Assembly (NCBI GenBank): GCA_016208765.1
Contig: JACQXK010000071.1
Location: 22,429-86,428, forward strand
DNA from: Candidatus Omnitrophota bacterium
Lineage (GTDB): Bacteria > Omnitrophota > Gorgyraeia > Gygaellales > Profunditerraquicolaceae
DNA: 64,000 nt
Reading direction: 5' to 3'
The notes under the pieces were generated by a model. The model saw nothing but the letters and a program-made list of their open reading frames with translations. It had not been told where the DNA came from and searched no databases. Shown here piece by piece: positions 9,712 to 18,588 of the stretch; the first letter of the stretch is position 1; every line of letters begins with the position of its first letter. A program made the translations under genes and the position numbers.

Positions 9712-9981
9712 TCCCCCTTAGCTCAGTCGGTAGAGCGAGTGGCTGTCAAATTGGCAGCTTCCGTGGGAAACCACGGTTGAAACTGCAGGAGAATTGCTGG
9801 AAGTCCTTACGGGATAATCAGCAGCCGAGCCCGCCGTTAAATTTTCGGCGAGGAAGGTTCAGAGACTATGCACCTGCTGCCTAAAGCGCAAGCTACGGTA
9901 AAGATATAGTCCACTTCCGAAAGTAATTTCGGGTTAAGTGTAACCACCAGGTCCGAGGTTCGAGTCCTCGAGGGGGAGCCA
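9712..9981 (+). tRNA. tRNA-Asn(GUU) gene interrupted by a group I intron in the anticodon loop (exons 9712-9746 and 9941-9981, CCA encoded)
   Basis: Exons fold into a cloverleaf: acceptor tccccct/aggggga, D-arm gctc-agtcggta-gagc, anticodon arm agtgg-ctGTTaa-ccacc (G34U35 from the 5' exon, U36 from the 3' exon), variable loop aggtc, T-arm cgagg-ttcgagt-cctcg, discriminator G + CCA. Confidence 0.8.
9747..9940 (+). ncRNA. group I self-splicing intron (194 nt, cyanobacterial tRNA-Leu-intron-like core)
   Basis: Exact R element GTTCAGAGACTA (9858-9869) and S element AAGATATAGTCC (9901-9912); P-like AATTGCTGGAAG and Q-like AATCAGCAGCC; P1 gctgt|c pairs with IGS ggcagc giving U·G at the 5' splice site; intron ends in G (9940). 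Confidence 0.8.
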
Positions 9982-9983
9982 TA

Positions 9984-10028
9984 AATAATACCCAGCTGAT
10001 TATTTATCAGCTGGGTATTATTATTTAA
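9984..10028 (+). terminator. rho-independent terminator after tRNA
   Basis: Perfect 15-bp stem aataatacccagctgat / atcagctgggtattatt with loop tattt, followed by a T-rich tract. Confidence 0.6.
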
Positions 10029-10128
10029 ACAGCACCAAACTAATCCTAATACAAAATCTTTCTCTTGCCTGCAAAAGGCTTTATGTTAAAATGAAACAAA
10101 TACGATTATTTCCGTAAAAAGGAGCAAT

Positions 10129-11100
10129 ATGTACGAAACATTTCTTTATACCTCGCAAAAGGAATTAAAAACAAACCTTACCCCTGATGAAATTCGCGAA
10201 GCCTTAAAAGACGAAAATAATCTCCTCTGGGTAGATATGAAGGACATTGACGATGCTGATATTGATATCCTCACTGAAATCTTTTGTTTGCATCCCTTGA
10301 CCATTGAAGATTTCATCATGGTAAACGCCCGCCCGAAAATAGAAAAATTTAAAGATTATATTTTCCTCGTCGCCTTCTCTATGGAGTCGCATGATAAAGC
10401 AAAAGGAAGAATCAACACCTTGGAGCTTGATTGCTGTTTAGGCAAAAACTTTCTTATTACCACACACAGCGATACCATGAATTCCCTTGCTGTAAGCAAG
10501 GAAAGGATCAAAAAATTATCCCCGATTATTATGAATGGAGCAGATTTTCTTCTTTATTCCCTTATTGAATGCATTGTGGACAGCTACTTCCCGATCATTA
10601 ACGAATTTGATAATATGGTTGACGAGATGAGTGACGAACTATTCAAAGACCCTTCAAATGAGACTCTCAAGAAAATATACAGCCTGAAGAATGAAATCAT
10701 GTACCTGCGCCGTACGATCGGCCCACAGGCAGATGTAATCGGCCTGGTTGCCCGAGGAGATTTTCCTCTTGTTAGCGCGTCTAATATGATTTATTTCAGG
10801 AATATTCATGACAATCTGATAAGGCTAAACGATATCGTTGGAACTTCGCGGGATATTGTAACAGGGGCAATGGAGGCTTATGTTTCTGTTGTCTCAAACC
10901 GTTTAAACGAAATCATGAAAACCCTTACCGTGATTGCCACGATCATGATGCCTTTAACGCTTATTGCAAGTATCTATGGCATGAATTTTAAACACATGCC
11001 TGAACTTAACAGCAAATTAGGATATCCGACAGTAATTGGCTTTATGGTTATCTCAATTATTGCAATGCTTGCTTATTTCAAACGTAAAAAGTGGATTTAA
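10129..11100 (+). CDS. corA: CorA magnesium/cobalt transporter
   Basis: 323 aa; C-terminal 2 TM with the YGMNF signature (IYGMNFKHMPE). Confidence 0.9.
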   Translation: MYETFLYTSQKELKTNLTPDEIREALKDENNLLWVDMKDIDDADIDILTEIFCLHPLTIEDFIMVNARPKIEKFKDYIFLVAFSMESHDKAKGRINTLELDCCLGKNFLITTHSDTMNSLAVSKERIKKLSPIIMNGADFLLYSLIECIVDSYFPIINEFDNMVDEMSDELFKDPSNETLKKIYSLKNEIMYLRRTIGPQADVIGLVARGDFPLVSASNMIYFRNIHDNLIRLNDIVGTSRDIVTGAMEAYVSVVSNRLNEIMKTLTVIATIMMPLTLIASIYGMNFKHMPELNSKLGYPTVIGFMVISIIAMLAYFKRKKWI

Positions 11101-11112
11101 AAAACCTTAGGC

Positions 11113-13041
11113 CTAAATCATCCGCCCTTCAAGCTCAATAATCTTCTTACCTATTTCAATAAGGATCTTTTCTATTTCTTTCATGCGCCTGCCGTAATCG
11201 CGGGCAGTTTCTTCGTCGCGGAAAATCTTGGGGTCTGAAAGGGCGCGCGCCTTGGCATAACTCTCAAGCTGCAAGCCTTCTCTTTCTTTCTCTAATTTTG
11301 TAATCTCAGTGCGGATAGTAGAATTACTGGCTTTACGCTTCTTCTCTTCATCTTTAATCTTTCTTTCTTCTTCTCTTTTCCTGTGTCTTTCTTCTTCTAT
11401 TCTTAACTTTACAGGGTCAGCTTTTGGTTTTGAACGGAGAGAGACAGCTTCCTGCCTGTCTCTTGCCTCAAGGTAATAATCAAATGCCCCGGGAAACTTG
11501 CGCACATTGCCGCTTTTAACCTCATAAACAACATTTGCCACCTGGCGCACAAAATAAATATCATGGCTGATAAAAACAACTGTCCCCTCATATTCATTCA
11601 AGGCCCTAACTAAGGCCTCAACCGCATCCACATCAAGATGTGTTGTCGGTTCATCCAATAATAAGAAATTCGGGGGATTAATCAAAAGCTTTGCCAAAAT
11701 TAAACGGCTTTTCTCACCGCCGGATAATACCTTGACCTTTTTATCTGCATCATCTCCGGTAAATAAAAACGCCCCTAAAACTGTGCGGATAGTTTCTTCA
11801 GACATATAACCAGGTGCAGCAGAGTATGCCTCGCGTAAAACCGTATTTTCAGGGCTTAACACATCAAGCCGTGTCTGTGAAAAATATCCTGTATCAACAT
11901 TGTGCCCGGCAATGCGGTTACCGCAATCAATATCCACCACGCCTGCCATAATCTTTAAAAGCGTAGATTTACCGGCGCCGTTTTCTCCGGCTAAAACCGC
12001 TTTCTCACCCTGAGTAATCTCAAAATCAAAATCCTTATAAACCTGGATCTCGCCGTAACTTTTAGAAATTTTCTCAAGCTGCATCACTCTGTGCCCGCTT
12101 CTTCTTGTCGGAGGAAAATGAAAACTTTTAATGCTTTCCCGCGTATCCGGCGGAAGTTCCACTGCCTCTTTCTCAAGCCGCTCAAGGGCTGTGCGCTTGG
12201 AGCGCACCGCAGCAGACTTATTTGGCTGGGCGTGAAAACGCGCTACAAACTCTTCAAGTTGCTCTCTCTTTTTTTCCTGCTCTTTAAACTGTTTTTCTAA
12301 GTGAATACGCCTTTCTTGCTTGACTTCTTCATAATGTTCGTAATTACCCCGCACTTTAAAGATCTTACCGTGCTCAAGGATCAAAGTATAATTAGTAACT
12401 TCTGTCAAATAAGCCTTGTCATGGGAAATCATGATAAATGTGCCGTCAAAAGAAGCCAGATAATCCTTAAGCCACAATGCTGCATTAAGGTCCAAGTAGT
12501 TTGTTGGCTCATCTAAAAGAAGCAAATCATACTGAAATGTCAAAAGCTTTGCCAACAAAGTGCGCATCTGCCATCCGCCGCTTAGCTGGGTAATCGGGCG
12601 GTTAAAATCTTTTTCCTTAAAGCCAAGCCCGGCAAGAATCTTTTTTGCTTTGTGTTCAAGCTCAAAGAATCCCAATATTTCCAGCTCATGTAAAGCCTCG
12701 CCATACCTGTGGCTTGCCGCCTCATTTTTCTCTTCAAGTTTCTCTTTTTCCTGCTTAAGGCGCAATATCCTCTCATCTCCTTCGGTCAACTCCGAGAGCA
12801 CCGTGCGCTCTGAGTGGAATTTTGACTCCTGGGCGAGATAACCGATATGCGTATTTTTATTTATTTTAATTTCTCCAGAGGATGGCTCAAGTTCGCCAAG
12901 GATCAAAGAAAATAAAGTACTCTTGCCAGACCCGTTAGGGCCGATCAAGCCAATTTTTTCTCCTTGATTAATACTCAGCGATATTCCTTCAAAGAGGGTT
13001 TTCTTACCGTAATTTTTTGAAACATTAGATATACTGATCAT
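11113..13041 (-). CDS. ABC-F family ATPase (tandem ABC domains, no TMD; Uup/YheS/EttA-like)
   Basis: Two Walker A motifs (GPNGSGKST, GENGAGKST), two LSGG signatures, charged coiled-coil linker and C-terminal coiled-coil tail. Confidence 0.85.
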   Translation of the reverse strand: MISISNVSKNYGKKTLFEGISLSINQGEKIGLIGPNGSGKSTLFSLILGELEPSSGEIKINKNTHIGYLAQESKFHSERTVLSELTEGDERILRLKQEKEKLEEKNEAASHRYGEALHELEILGFFELEHKAKKILAGLGFKEKDFNRPITQLSGGWQMRTLLAKLLTFQYDLLLLDEPTNYLDLNAALWLKDYLASFDGTFIMISHDKAYLTEVTNYTLILEHGKIFKVRGNYEHYEEVKQERRIHLEKQFKEQEKKREQLEEFVARFHAQPNKSAAVRSKRTALERLEKEAVELPPDTRESIKSFHFPPTRRSGHRVMQLEKISKSYGEIQVYKDFDFEITQGEKAVLAGENGAGKSTLLKIMAGVVDIDCGNRIAGHNVDTGYFSQTRLDVLSPENTVLREAYSAAPGYMSEETIRTVLGAFLFTGDDADKKVKVLSGGEKSRLILAKLLINPPNFLLLDEPTTHLDVDAVEALVRALNEYEGTVVFISHDIYFVRQVANVVYEVKSGNVRKFPGAFDYYLEARDRQEAVSLRSKPKADPVKLRIEEERHRKREEERKIKDEEKKRKASNSTIRTEITKLEKEREGLQLESYAKARALSDPKIFRDEETARDYGRRMKEIEKILIEIGKKIIELEGRMI

Positions 13042-13044
13042 AGA

Positions 13045-13644
13045 TTATAGCGCTCGGCGGGCTTCAAGAGACTTAGAGAGAGTCGTGGAATCTGCGTACT
13101 CAAGATTAGAGCCAACCGGTATCCCAAGGCCAATGCGGCTCAAAGACACTCCGGTCGGTTTAATAAGCTTTGTTAAATAGATTGCTGTGGTTTCGCCCTC
13201 AGTGTCCGCGTCGGTAGCGATGATAATTTCTTTAATATTATTTTGTTTGATCCTGTTCATCAGCCCGTCAATCTTTAAATCACCCGGGCCCTTTCCCTCT
13301 AATGGAGAAATTGACCCTAACAACACATGATACACCCCATGATATGTCCCTGCTTTCTCAATGGCGGCAACATCACTTGTTTTCTCAACTATACAAACAA
13401 CATCTTTATTCCGTCGGATATCAGAGCAGATCCTGCAGGTTTCTTCCTCGCTTAAATTATTGCAGATTGAGCAAAAACGCACATTTTCTTTTACGCGCGC
13501 AATTGACTCAGACAAATCCTTAGCTTCCTGATTTGAAGCTCCTAAAATATGGTTCACAATCCGCTCGGCACTGCGCCTTCCAATACCCGGAAGCCTTACA
13601 AGGCATTCAATTAATTTCTCTATGGATTCAGTATAATTTGCCAT
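13045..13644 (-). CDS. recR: recombination protein RecR
   Basis: HhH (LPGIGRRSAERI), C4 zinc finger (CSICNNLSEEETCRICS), Toprim domain. Confidence 0.9.
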   Translation of the reverse strand: MANYTESIEKLIECLVRLPGIGRRSAERIVNHILGASNQEAKDLSESIARVKENVRFCSICNNLSEEETCRICSDIRRNKDVVCIVEKTSDVAAIEKAGTYHGVYHVLLGSISPLEGKGPGDLKIDGLMNRIKQNNIKEIIIATDADTEGETTAIYLTKLIKPTGVSLSRIGLGIPVGSNLEYADSTTLSKSLEARRAL

Positions 13645-15269
13645 TACCTGTCTTCTTTCACCACTCTGCCATTAAACATATCAAGGGCGGATTTAACAAA
13701 AGGATGATTCAACCCTTCTTCTTCCTGCACTACCTCGTCGGAAAGATTAAAATTAACGCGCAGCCTGGACTTTAAAATATCAAAAAGCGCCTTTTCAATT
13801 ATAGCGCGGTTATCTTTTGATTCAAGCGCCTCTTTATGCAAGGAGCAGTTCATCGGGAAGCTCACAGTTAAGGTTGCTCCCTTTAATTTCATTGGCTGCC
13901 CCTCATCTAAATAAGTCGCCACTGACATTTTTATAGTACTAAGCCCTGATACAATACTTTTCCAACCCGCCCTTATTTCTTCAAGGGTTATATTTACATC
14001 AGCATCAGCCGCAGAGTCTTCTATAGGAGCATCTTTCCGGGGCTTGATAGCAGTGGATTCTTTTTGCGGAAGAACAACATTTCTTTTATCTATATGCTGT
14101 TTTTCTGATTTCTCCGCAGGCGGCTGCATGGGACGCTCTGTGTTTTTTTGCAACACAGGAGCAGCAATATTAGCTTGTGGCTTTTTTTCACAGCTCAAAC
14201 GGACCAGGTTTACCTCCAACCCGATACGTAGGGAATCAAAACGCCTCGCCATGTCCTGAGTATTAGCTAAAATATTAAACGCGCTAAATATCTCATCCAG
14301 GCTAAGAGCCCGGCTTTGCTCTAAAAGTTTTACACATATATCTTCAGGTAAATCAATAAGTTTTGCATCAGCCTTACTAACCTTGGCAATCATAAGGTTG
14401 CGAAAATGCTCAATTAAATTCGTCAAAAAAACATTTATATCTTTTCCCTCGTCAATTAATTTATTTAATAACGCTAACGCTGCCTGCGGGTCATGTTTAA
14501 TGATCCGTTCTGTAATCTCAAAGAGAACTTCCTGCTCAACCAACCCCAGCACGGAAATTACGTCTTTTAAAGAAATTTTCTGCTGGGAAAATGAAACCAG
14601 CTGGTCCAAAACTGACTCAGCATCCCTTAAAGAGCCGTCGCTAGATTTAGCAATGGCGAATAAAACCTCTTTATCCACATTTATTTTCTCAGCCGTAACA
14701 ATACGCTCAAGCTGAGACGCTATTTCACGGGCAGTGATCCTGCGAAAATCAAAACGCTGGCAACGCGAAAGTATTGTCGGAAGGACCTTGTTTGGATTAG
14801 TGGTGGCAAAAATAAATTTAACAAACTCCGGCGGCTCCTCAAGTGTCTTTAAAAGCGCGTTAAATGCCTCTGTTGTAAGCATATGCACTTCATCAATAAT
14901 ATAGATCTTGAACTTACCCGAGGTAGGAGCAAATTTAACATTTTCCCGCAAGACCCTGATTTCATCAATCCCGCGGTTTGAAGCGCCGTCAATTTCAATC
15001 ACATCAAGGCTGCGGCCTTCACTGATTTCCTTACAGGATGCGCATTGCTGACAAGGATTTGCTAATAGGCCGTCCTTGCAATTAAGCGATTTAGCCAGTA
15101 TCCTGGCGCAGGAAGTCTTGCCCACTCCGCGCGGCCCGGCAAACAGGTAGGCATGCGCCAAGCGGTTCTTCTGGATGGCATTTTTTAAAACACCGGTGAC
15201 ATGAATTTGCCCGACAACTTCATCAAAGTTTTTCGGGCGCCATTTTAAGGCAAAAACTGTATAAGACAT
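13644..15269 (-). CDS. dnaX: DNA polymerase III subunit gamma/tau
   Basis: AAA+ clamp-loader motifs GPRGVGKTS, zinc module CxxC, box VII SRC (SRCQRF). Confidence 0.9.
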   Translation of the reverse strand: MSYTVFALKWRPKNFDEVVGQIHVTGVLKNAIQKNRLAHAYLFAGPRGVGKTSCARILAKSLNCKDGLLANPCQQCASCKEISEGRSLDVIEIDGASNRGIDEIRVLRENVKFAPTSGKFKIYIIDEVHMLTTEAFNALLKTLEEPPEFVKFIFATTNPNKVLPTILSRCQRFDFRRITAREIASQLERIVTAEKINVDKEVLFAIAKSSDGSLRDAESVLDQLVSFSQQKISLKDVISVLGLVEQEVLFEITERIIKHDPQAALALLNKLIDEGKDINVFLTNLIEHFRNLMIAKVSKADAKLIDLPEDICVKLLEQSRALSLDEIFSAFNILANTQDMARRFDSLRIGLEVNLVRLSCEKKPQANIAAPVLQKNTERPMQPPAEKSEKQHIDKRNVVLPQKESTAIKPRKDAPIEDSAADADVNITLEEIRAGWKSIVSGLSTIKMSVATYLDEGQPMKLKGATLTVSFPMNCSLHKEALESKDNRAIIEKALFDILKSRLRVNFNLSDEVVQEEEGLNHPFVKSALDMFNGRVVKEDR

Positions 15270-15336
15270 AGCTTAATTATAACAGAGTTGAGGCTAAAAA
15301 GTAAGGTATTTTTAGGCGGCACGCGCCTGATTTATA

Positions 15337-15717
15337 TCACCTTATTTTAATTTCCACCTCAGGATTATTTTTAATAGTATTATGCACAGGGCAATTCTTT
15401 ACAAATTCATGCAGGGCCTTTAACCTACGCTCATCAAGCACTACGCCATTTAAGTCCACCTGAATATTAATCTTCCTGAAACAAACCGGCGCTTCTTTGC
15501 TTAAATCTGCCTCTACGCTGATAATAAACTTACCAAGATTAAGCTTTGCTCCCTCGGCGTATTTACGCACATAAACCCCGATACAAGTCCCTAAACTTGC
15601 AAGAAACGCATCAGGAGGCGTTACGCCTTTTCCGTTTACATCTACAACAAATTCATAATCTTTTGATTTCACATTAAATAAATAATCACTATTGCTGGTT
15701 ATGTCTACCTGGTACAT
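15337..15717 (-). CDS. OsmC/Ohr-family peroxiredoxin-like protein
   Basis: 126 aa; conserved Cys pair regions (LGTCIGVY … KNCPVHNTI). Confidence 0.75.
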   Translation of the reverse strand: MYQVDITSNSDYLFNVKSKDYEFVVDVNGKGVTPPDAFLASLGTCIGVYVRKYAEGAKLNLGKFIISVEADLSKEAPVCFRKINIQVDLNGVVLDERRLKALHEFVKNCPVHNTIKNNPEVEIKIR

Positions 15718-15735
15718 TTTGTCTCCTTTTAGTTT

Positions 15736-18588
15736 TTACCTGCACAAATAAAAAAACGGGCAATGGCGGCAGTAACGGGGATTAGTTTCATCCGCCTTAA
15801 AACAAACCTCCGGATTAATAATCTCACTCAACACAGCATCCATTGCCTTAAGGTAAATCTCCATTATTTTCTCCCTGCTTGAAAACTGTTCTTCTTTTCT
15901 AAAAAGCCTTTCAAGGGTCAAATTCTTTAAAGAATACAACCCTGCATTAAGCTTCGCTTCCTGAAAACGCTTATCGCAGGAAACCAGATAAAGATACAAA
16001 GGAAGCTGAAATGATTTCAAAGTATTCTTCAATTTTTCTCTTGTAAATCCAGCTTTTTCAATTTTCTCCGCATCAAGAGGAAGGACTTCACGGGTATACC
16101 CGGTTTTATAATCAAGTATCAAAAAACTTTTCTCGCTTAAGCGGTCAATACGGTCAACCTTGGCTGTAAATTTGTAATCACGGCCCGACAGGTTTATCTG
16201 GGCGTCAAAACGCTCTTCAACACAAATCAATTCCTCAACATCACGCTCCTCTTCATTCTTGATAAATTTATCCATCCGGTAATCAAGCACTGCCTTAATT
16301 AAAAACGAATCAGATTTCATTTTACGCGTAAAATCAGTTTCAAATTTTTCATTGAGGCTGTTAAAGAAATTATCCCTAAATCTTTTGTCAAAACTTGGCT
16401 TTTTGTTTAAAAACTGGCTAAAAGTTTCTTCCAATAGGTCATGCAGAAAGTTGCCGATATCCACTGCCTCCGGCTCATCAGACAATTCATCTTTTTCTTC
16501 TAATCCTAAACAATAGTGATAATAAAATTTAAGAGGGCAAGCAAGGTATGTATTAAGGCTTGAAGCAGAATAACGCAGACCCTTTAGATGGCTAATAATT
16601 TTTGAGTCTTTCTTTATCTCCAATGTTTTCGGCAAAACCTCAACCTTAAAACTTGCCTGCGGGATTGAAACAACCTCAAGGGAATTTTTATTCTTCTGCT
16701 CCTGCCAGATCAGCTCTTCAATAAAACGGCTCTTTTCTTTATCCGGCCGCTTCTGATAAATTAAATGCACTGTCTTTGCCCCGGAAATCAGCCGCCTAAA
16801 CTGATAACGCTGGATCTCTTCTTCCTTTTCAAGGCGGTTTATCCCTAAACCAATCATTACCTCGCGCGGAATAAGCGGCTCATATATTTTCATGCTGGGA
16901 AGCACTGCTTCATTAACATCCAGGATTATTACATTTTCAAAACTTAAAACCCTGGTTTCAAATAAACCGAGGACTTGCAAGCCCTTTAAAGGAGACCCTG
17001 AGAAAGAAATCAACTCGGCATCTATTTTATTATCAAAAATCTTAAAGATTTCCTCCTTGCTAAATGGCTCGCGGTTAAAACCGGAATTAAACAATTCCTC
17101 TTTAATCTCAAATATCTTCTCGGCCATTTTAAGGTTCAATGGATACGCTGCCAAATGGCTTTTTTCAACCAAGCACTTCATAAACTCTTCCAAGCTTAAA
17201 GAAAATTCGTAAAAATTACCGAGATTCTCCCATAAACCGAATAATAACCCGTGTAATTTTTCTACGGTGCTTTTTAGCTCATCAAAGGTAACCTCAATCT
17301 CCATGCTTTTCATGGTAACAAGCGCCAAATCATAAAGCTCGCGCAGTTTTTCAATCTCAGAAAGTTTTACAAACAAGCTCCCGCCTAAAGAAGTCTTTTC
17401 TGCCCCAATAAGCACTTCTTCTATTTTATGCACCAAAACCCTGGTAACAGAAGCCTCTCCAAACAGACGCAAATTTTTCACCAGAGGATGCGCCAATAAT
17501 TTCAGGTAATCTTTTGTATAATACTGCCCATCTTTTTTAGTTTCCTGCGCATTAAAAACACACTCAAACAGCGAATACAAAGCGCTTCTTTTTAGAGGAT
17601 ACCCCATAGAAACATTAAAATTATCCGTATATGATGCCACTTCAGATAACAAAGGGATTAAATTGTCAGGCTGAGGCAATACAATTACCGTATCATCCAA
17701 ATTATTAATTTTCTTCAGCGCCTCGCGGGCAAGGCCAACCTCAGAATGCACGTCAAAACCGGTTTGAATAGAAATCTTTGGAGCGTGGCTTTTAGTGTGC
17801 TGCGCCTGATCTGCAGAACTCAAGCTGACAGGAAGAGCAATCTCTTTATACAAATTTTCCAGGACCGGCCACTCGCTGCTATCCCCCTGAAAAAAACAAG
17901 TAGCTTTCCCGGCATCCAACAGGGCCTTAACAATTGCTTTCTCGGTTTTATGCAAATAAAAGAATCCACAGAAACAAATCCGGTCAAACTCCGCAAAATC
18001 AACTTCAGAGATATATTTTGAAGCTAATAAATAGCTTAATCCGCGTGAGTATAATTTCTTTTCAATCTGCCGGGCGTGAAATTCCTGCCTAATAGCAATA
18101 ATGCTTTCTAACAAGCAGTTAATATTTTCCGGCACATCAAACCCGATTGCAGCTTTAAATTCTACGTTTTTAAGCGGCTGATAAGGGATATTTTCCAGGT
18201 CAAGTTGTTCAATAAAAGAAAGCACCTCTCTCGCCCACGGCAGAAACCGCGCAAAGCTTTCCCTCTCTTTTAAAATATCCGGGGCAATTTCCTGCGCAAG
18301 TTTATAAATCATAAAGGCAGCCTCTAAATCAGAGATCTTACCGCAGGCAGATTTTTTCTCCAAAATGTACTGCACAAATTCATCAATAGAAAAAAATGCC
18401 GGTGAAATAAAACCTTTATTAAAAACCTGCCCTAACTGCCTTTTTAAAAAAAGCCCCGGCCGCCTGCCGCCGAAAACAAAACAAACCCTTGAGATATCCC
18501 TGCCCTTGCCGATAAAGTTCTCCTTGGCAAAGCCGCAAAGCTTTTCTATAAAATTATCTGATAGCTTATAAGTAATTATTTTGTCCAC
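15736..18588 (-). CDS. addB: AddB/RexB-like helicase-nuclease subunit B (degenerate ATPase, RecB-family nuclease with Fe-S Cys cluster)
   Basis: 950 aa; degenerate Walker A; C-terminal PD-(D/E)XK with LDYKTG and Cys pattern C-x10-C-x2-C-x5-C (CFKADETNPRYCRHCPFFYLC). Confidence 0.7.
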   Translation of the reverse strand: MDKIITYKLSDNFIEKLCGFAKENFIGKGRDISRVCFVFGGRRPGLFLKRQLGQVFNKGFISPAFFSIDEFVQYILEKKSACGKISDLEAAFMIYKLAQEIAPDILKERESFARFLPWAREVLSFIEQLDLENIPYQPLKNVEFKAAIGFDVPENINCLLESIIAIRQEFHARQIEKKLYSRGLSYLLASKYISEVDFAEFDRICFCGFFYLHKTEKAIVKALLDAGKATCFFQGDSSEWPVLENLYKEIALPVSLSSADQAQHTKSHAPKISIQTGFDVHSEVGLAREALKKINNLDDTVIVLPQPDNLIPLLSEVASYTDNFNVSMGYPLKRSALYSLFECVFNAQETKKDGQYYTKDYLKLLAHPLVKNLRLFGEASVTRVLVHKIEEVLIGAEKTSLGGSLFVKLSEIEKLRELYDLALVTMKSMEIEVTFDELKSTVEKLHGLLFGLWENLGNFYEFSLSLEEFMKCLVEKSHLAAYPLNLKMAEKIFEIKEELFNSGFNREPFSKEEIFKIFDNKIDAELISFSGSPLKGLQVLGLFETRVLSFENVIILDVNEAVLPSMKIYEPLIPREVMIGLGINRLEKEEEIQRYQFRRLISGAKTVHLIYQKRPDKEKSRFIEELIWQEQKNKNSLEVVSIPQASFKVEVLPKTLEIKKDSKIISHLKGLRYSASSLNTYLACPLKFYYHYCLGLEEKDELSDEPEAVDIGNFLHDLLEETFSQFLNKKPSFDKRFRDNFFNSLNEKFETDFTRKMKSDSFLIKAVLDYRMDKFIKNEEERDVEELICVEERFDAQINLSGRDYKFTAKVDRIDRLSEKSFLILDYKTGYTREVLPLDAEKIEKAGFTREKLKNTLKSFQLPLYLYLVSCDKRFQEAKLNAGLYSLKNLTLERLFRKEEQFSSREKIMEIYLKAMDAVLSEIINPEVCFKADETNPRYCRHCPFFYLCR

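Noticed and set aside
9712-9981. Possibility that the 270-nt structured RNA is a tmRNA (ssrA)
   Set aside because: The 5' end has a canonical tRNA D-arm (gctcagtcggtagagc) and anticodon arm. The insert carries group I intron R/S elements rather than a tag-peptide reading frame or tmRNA pseudoknots.
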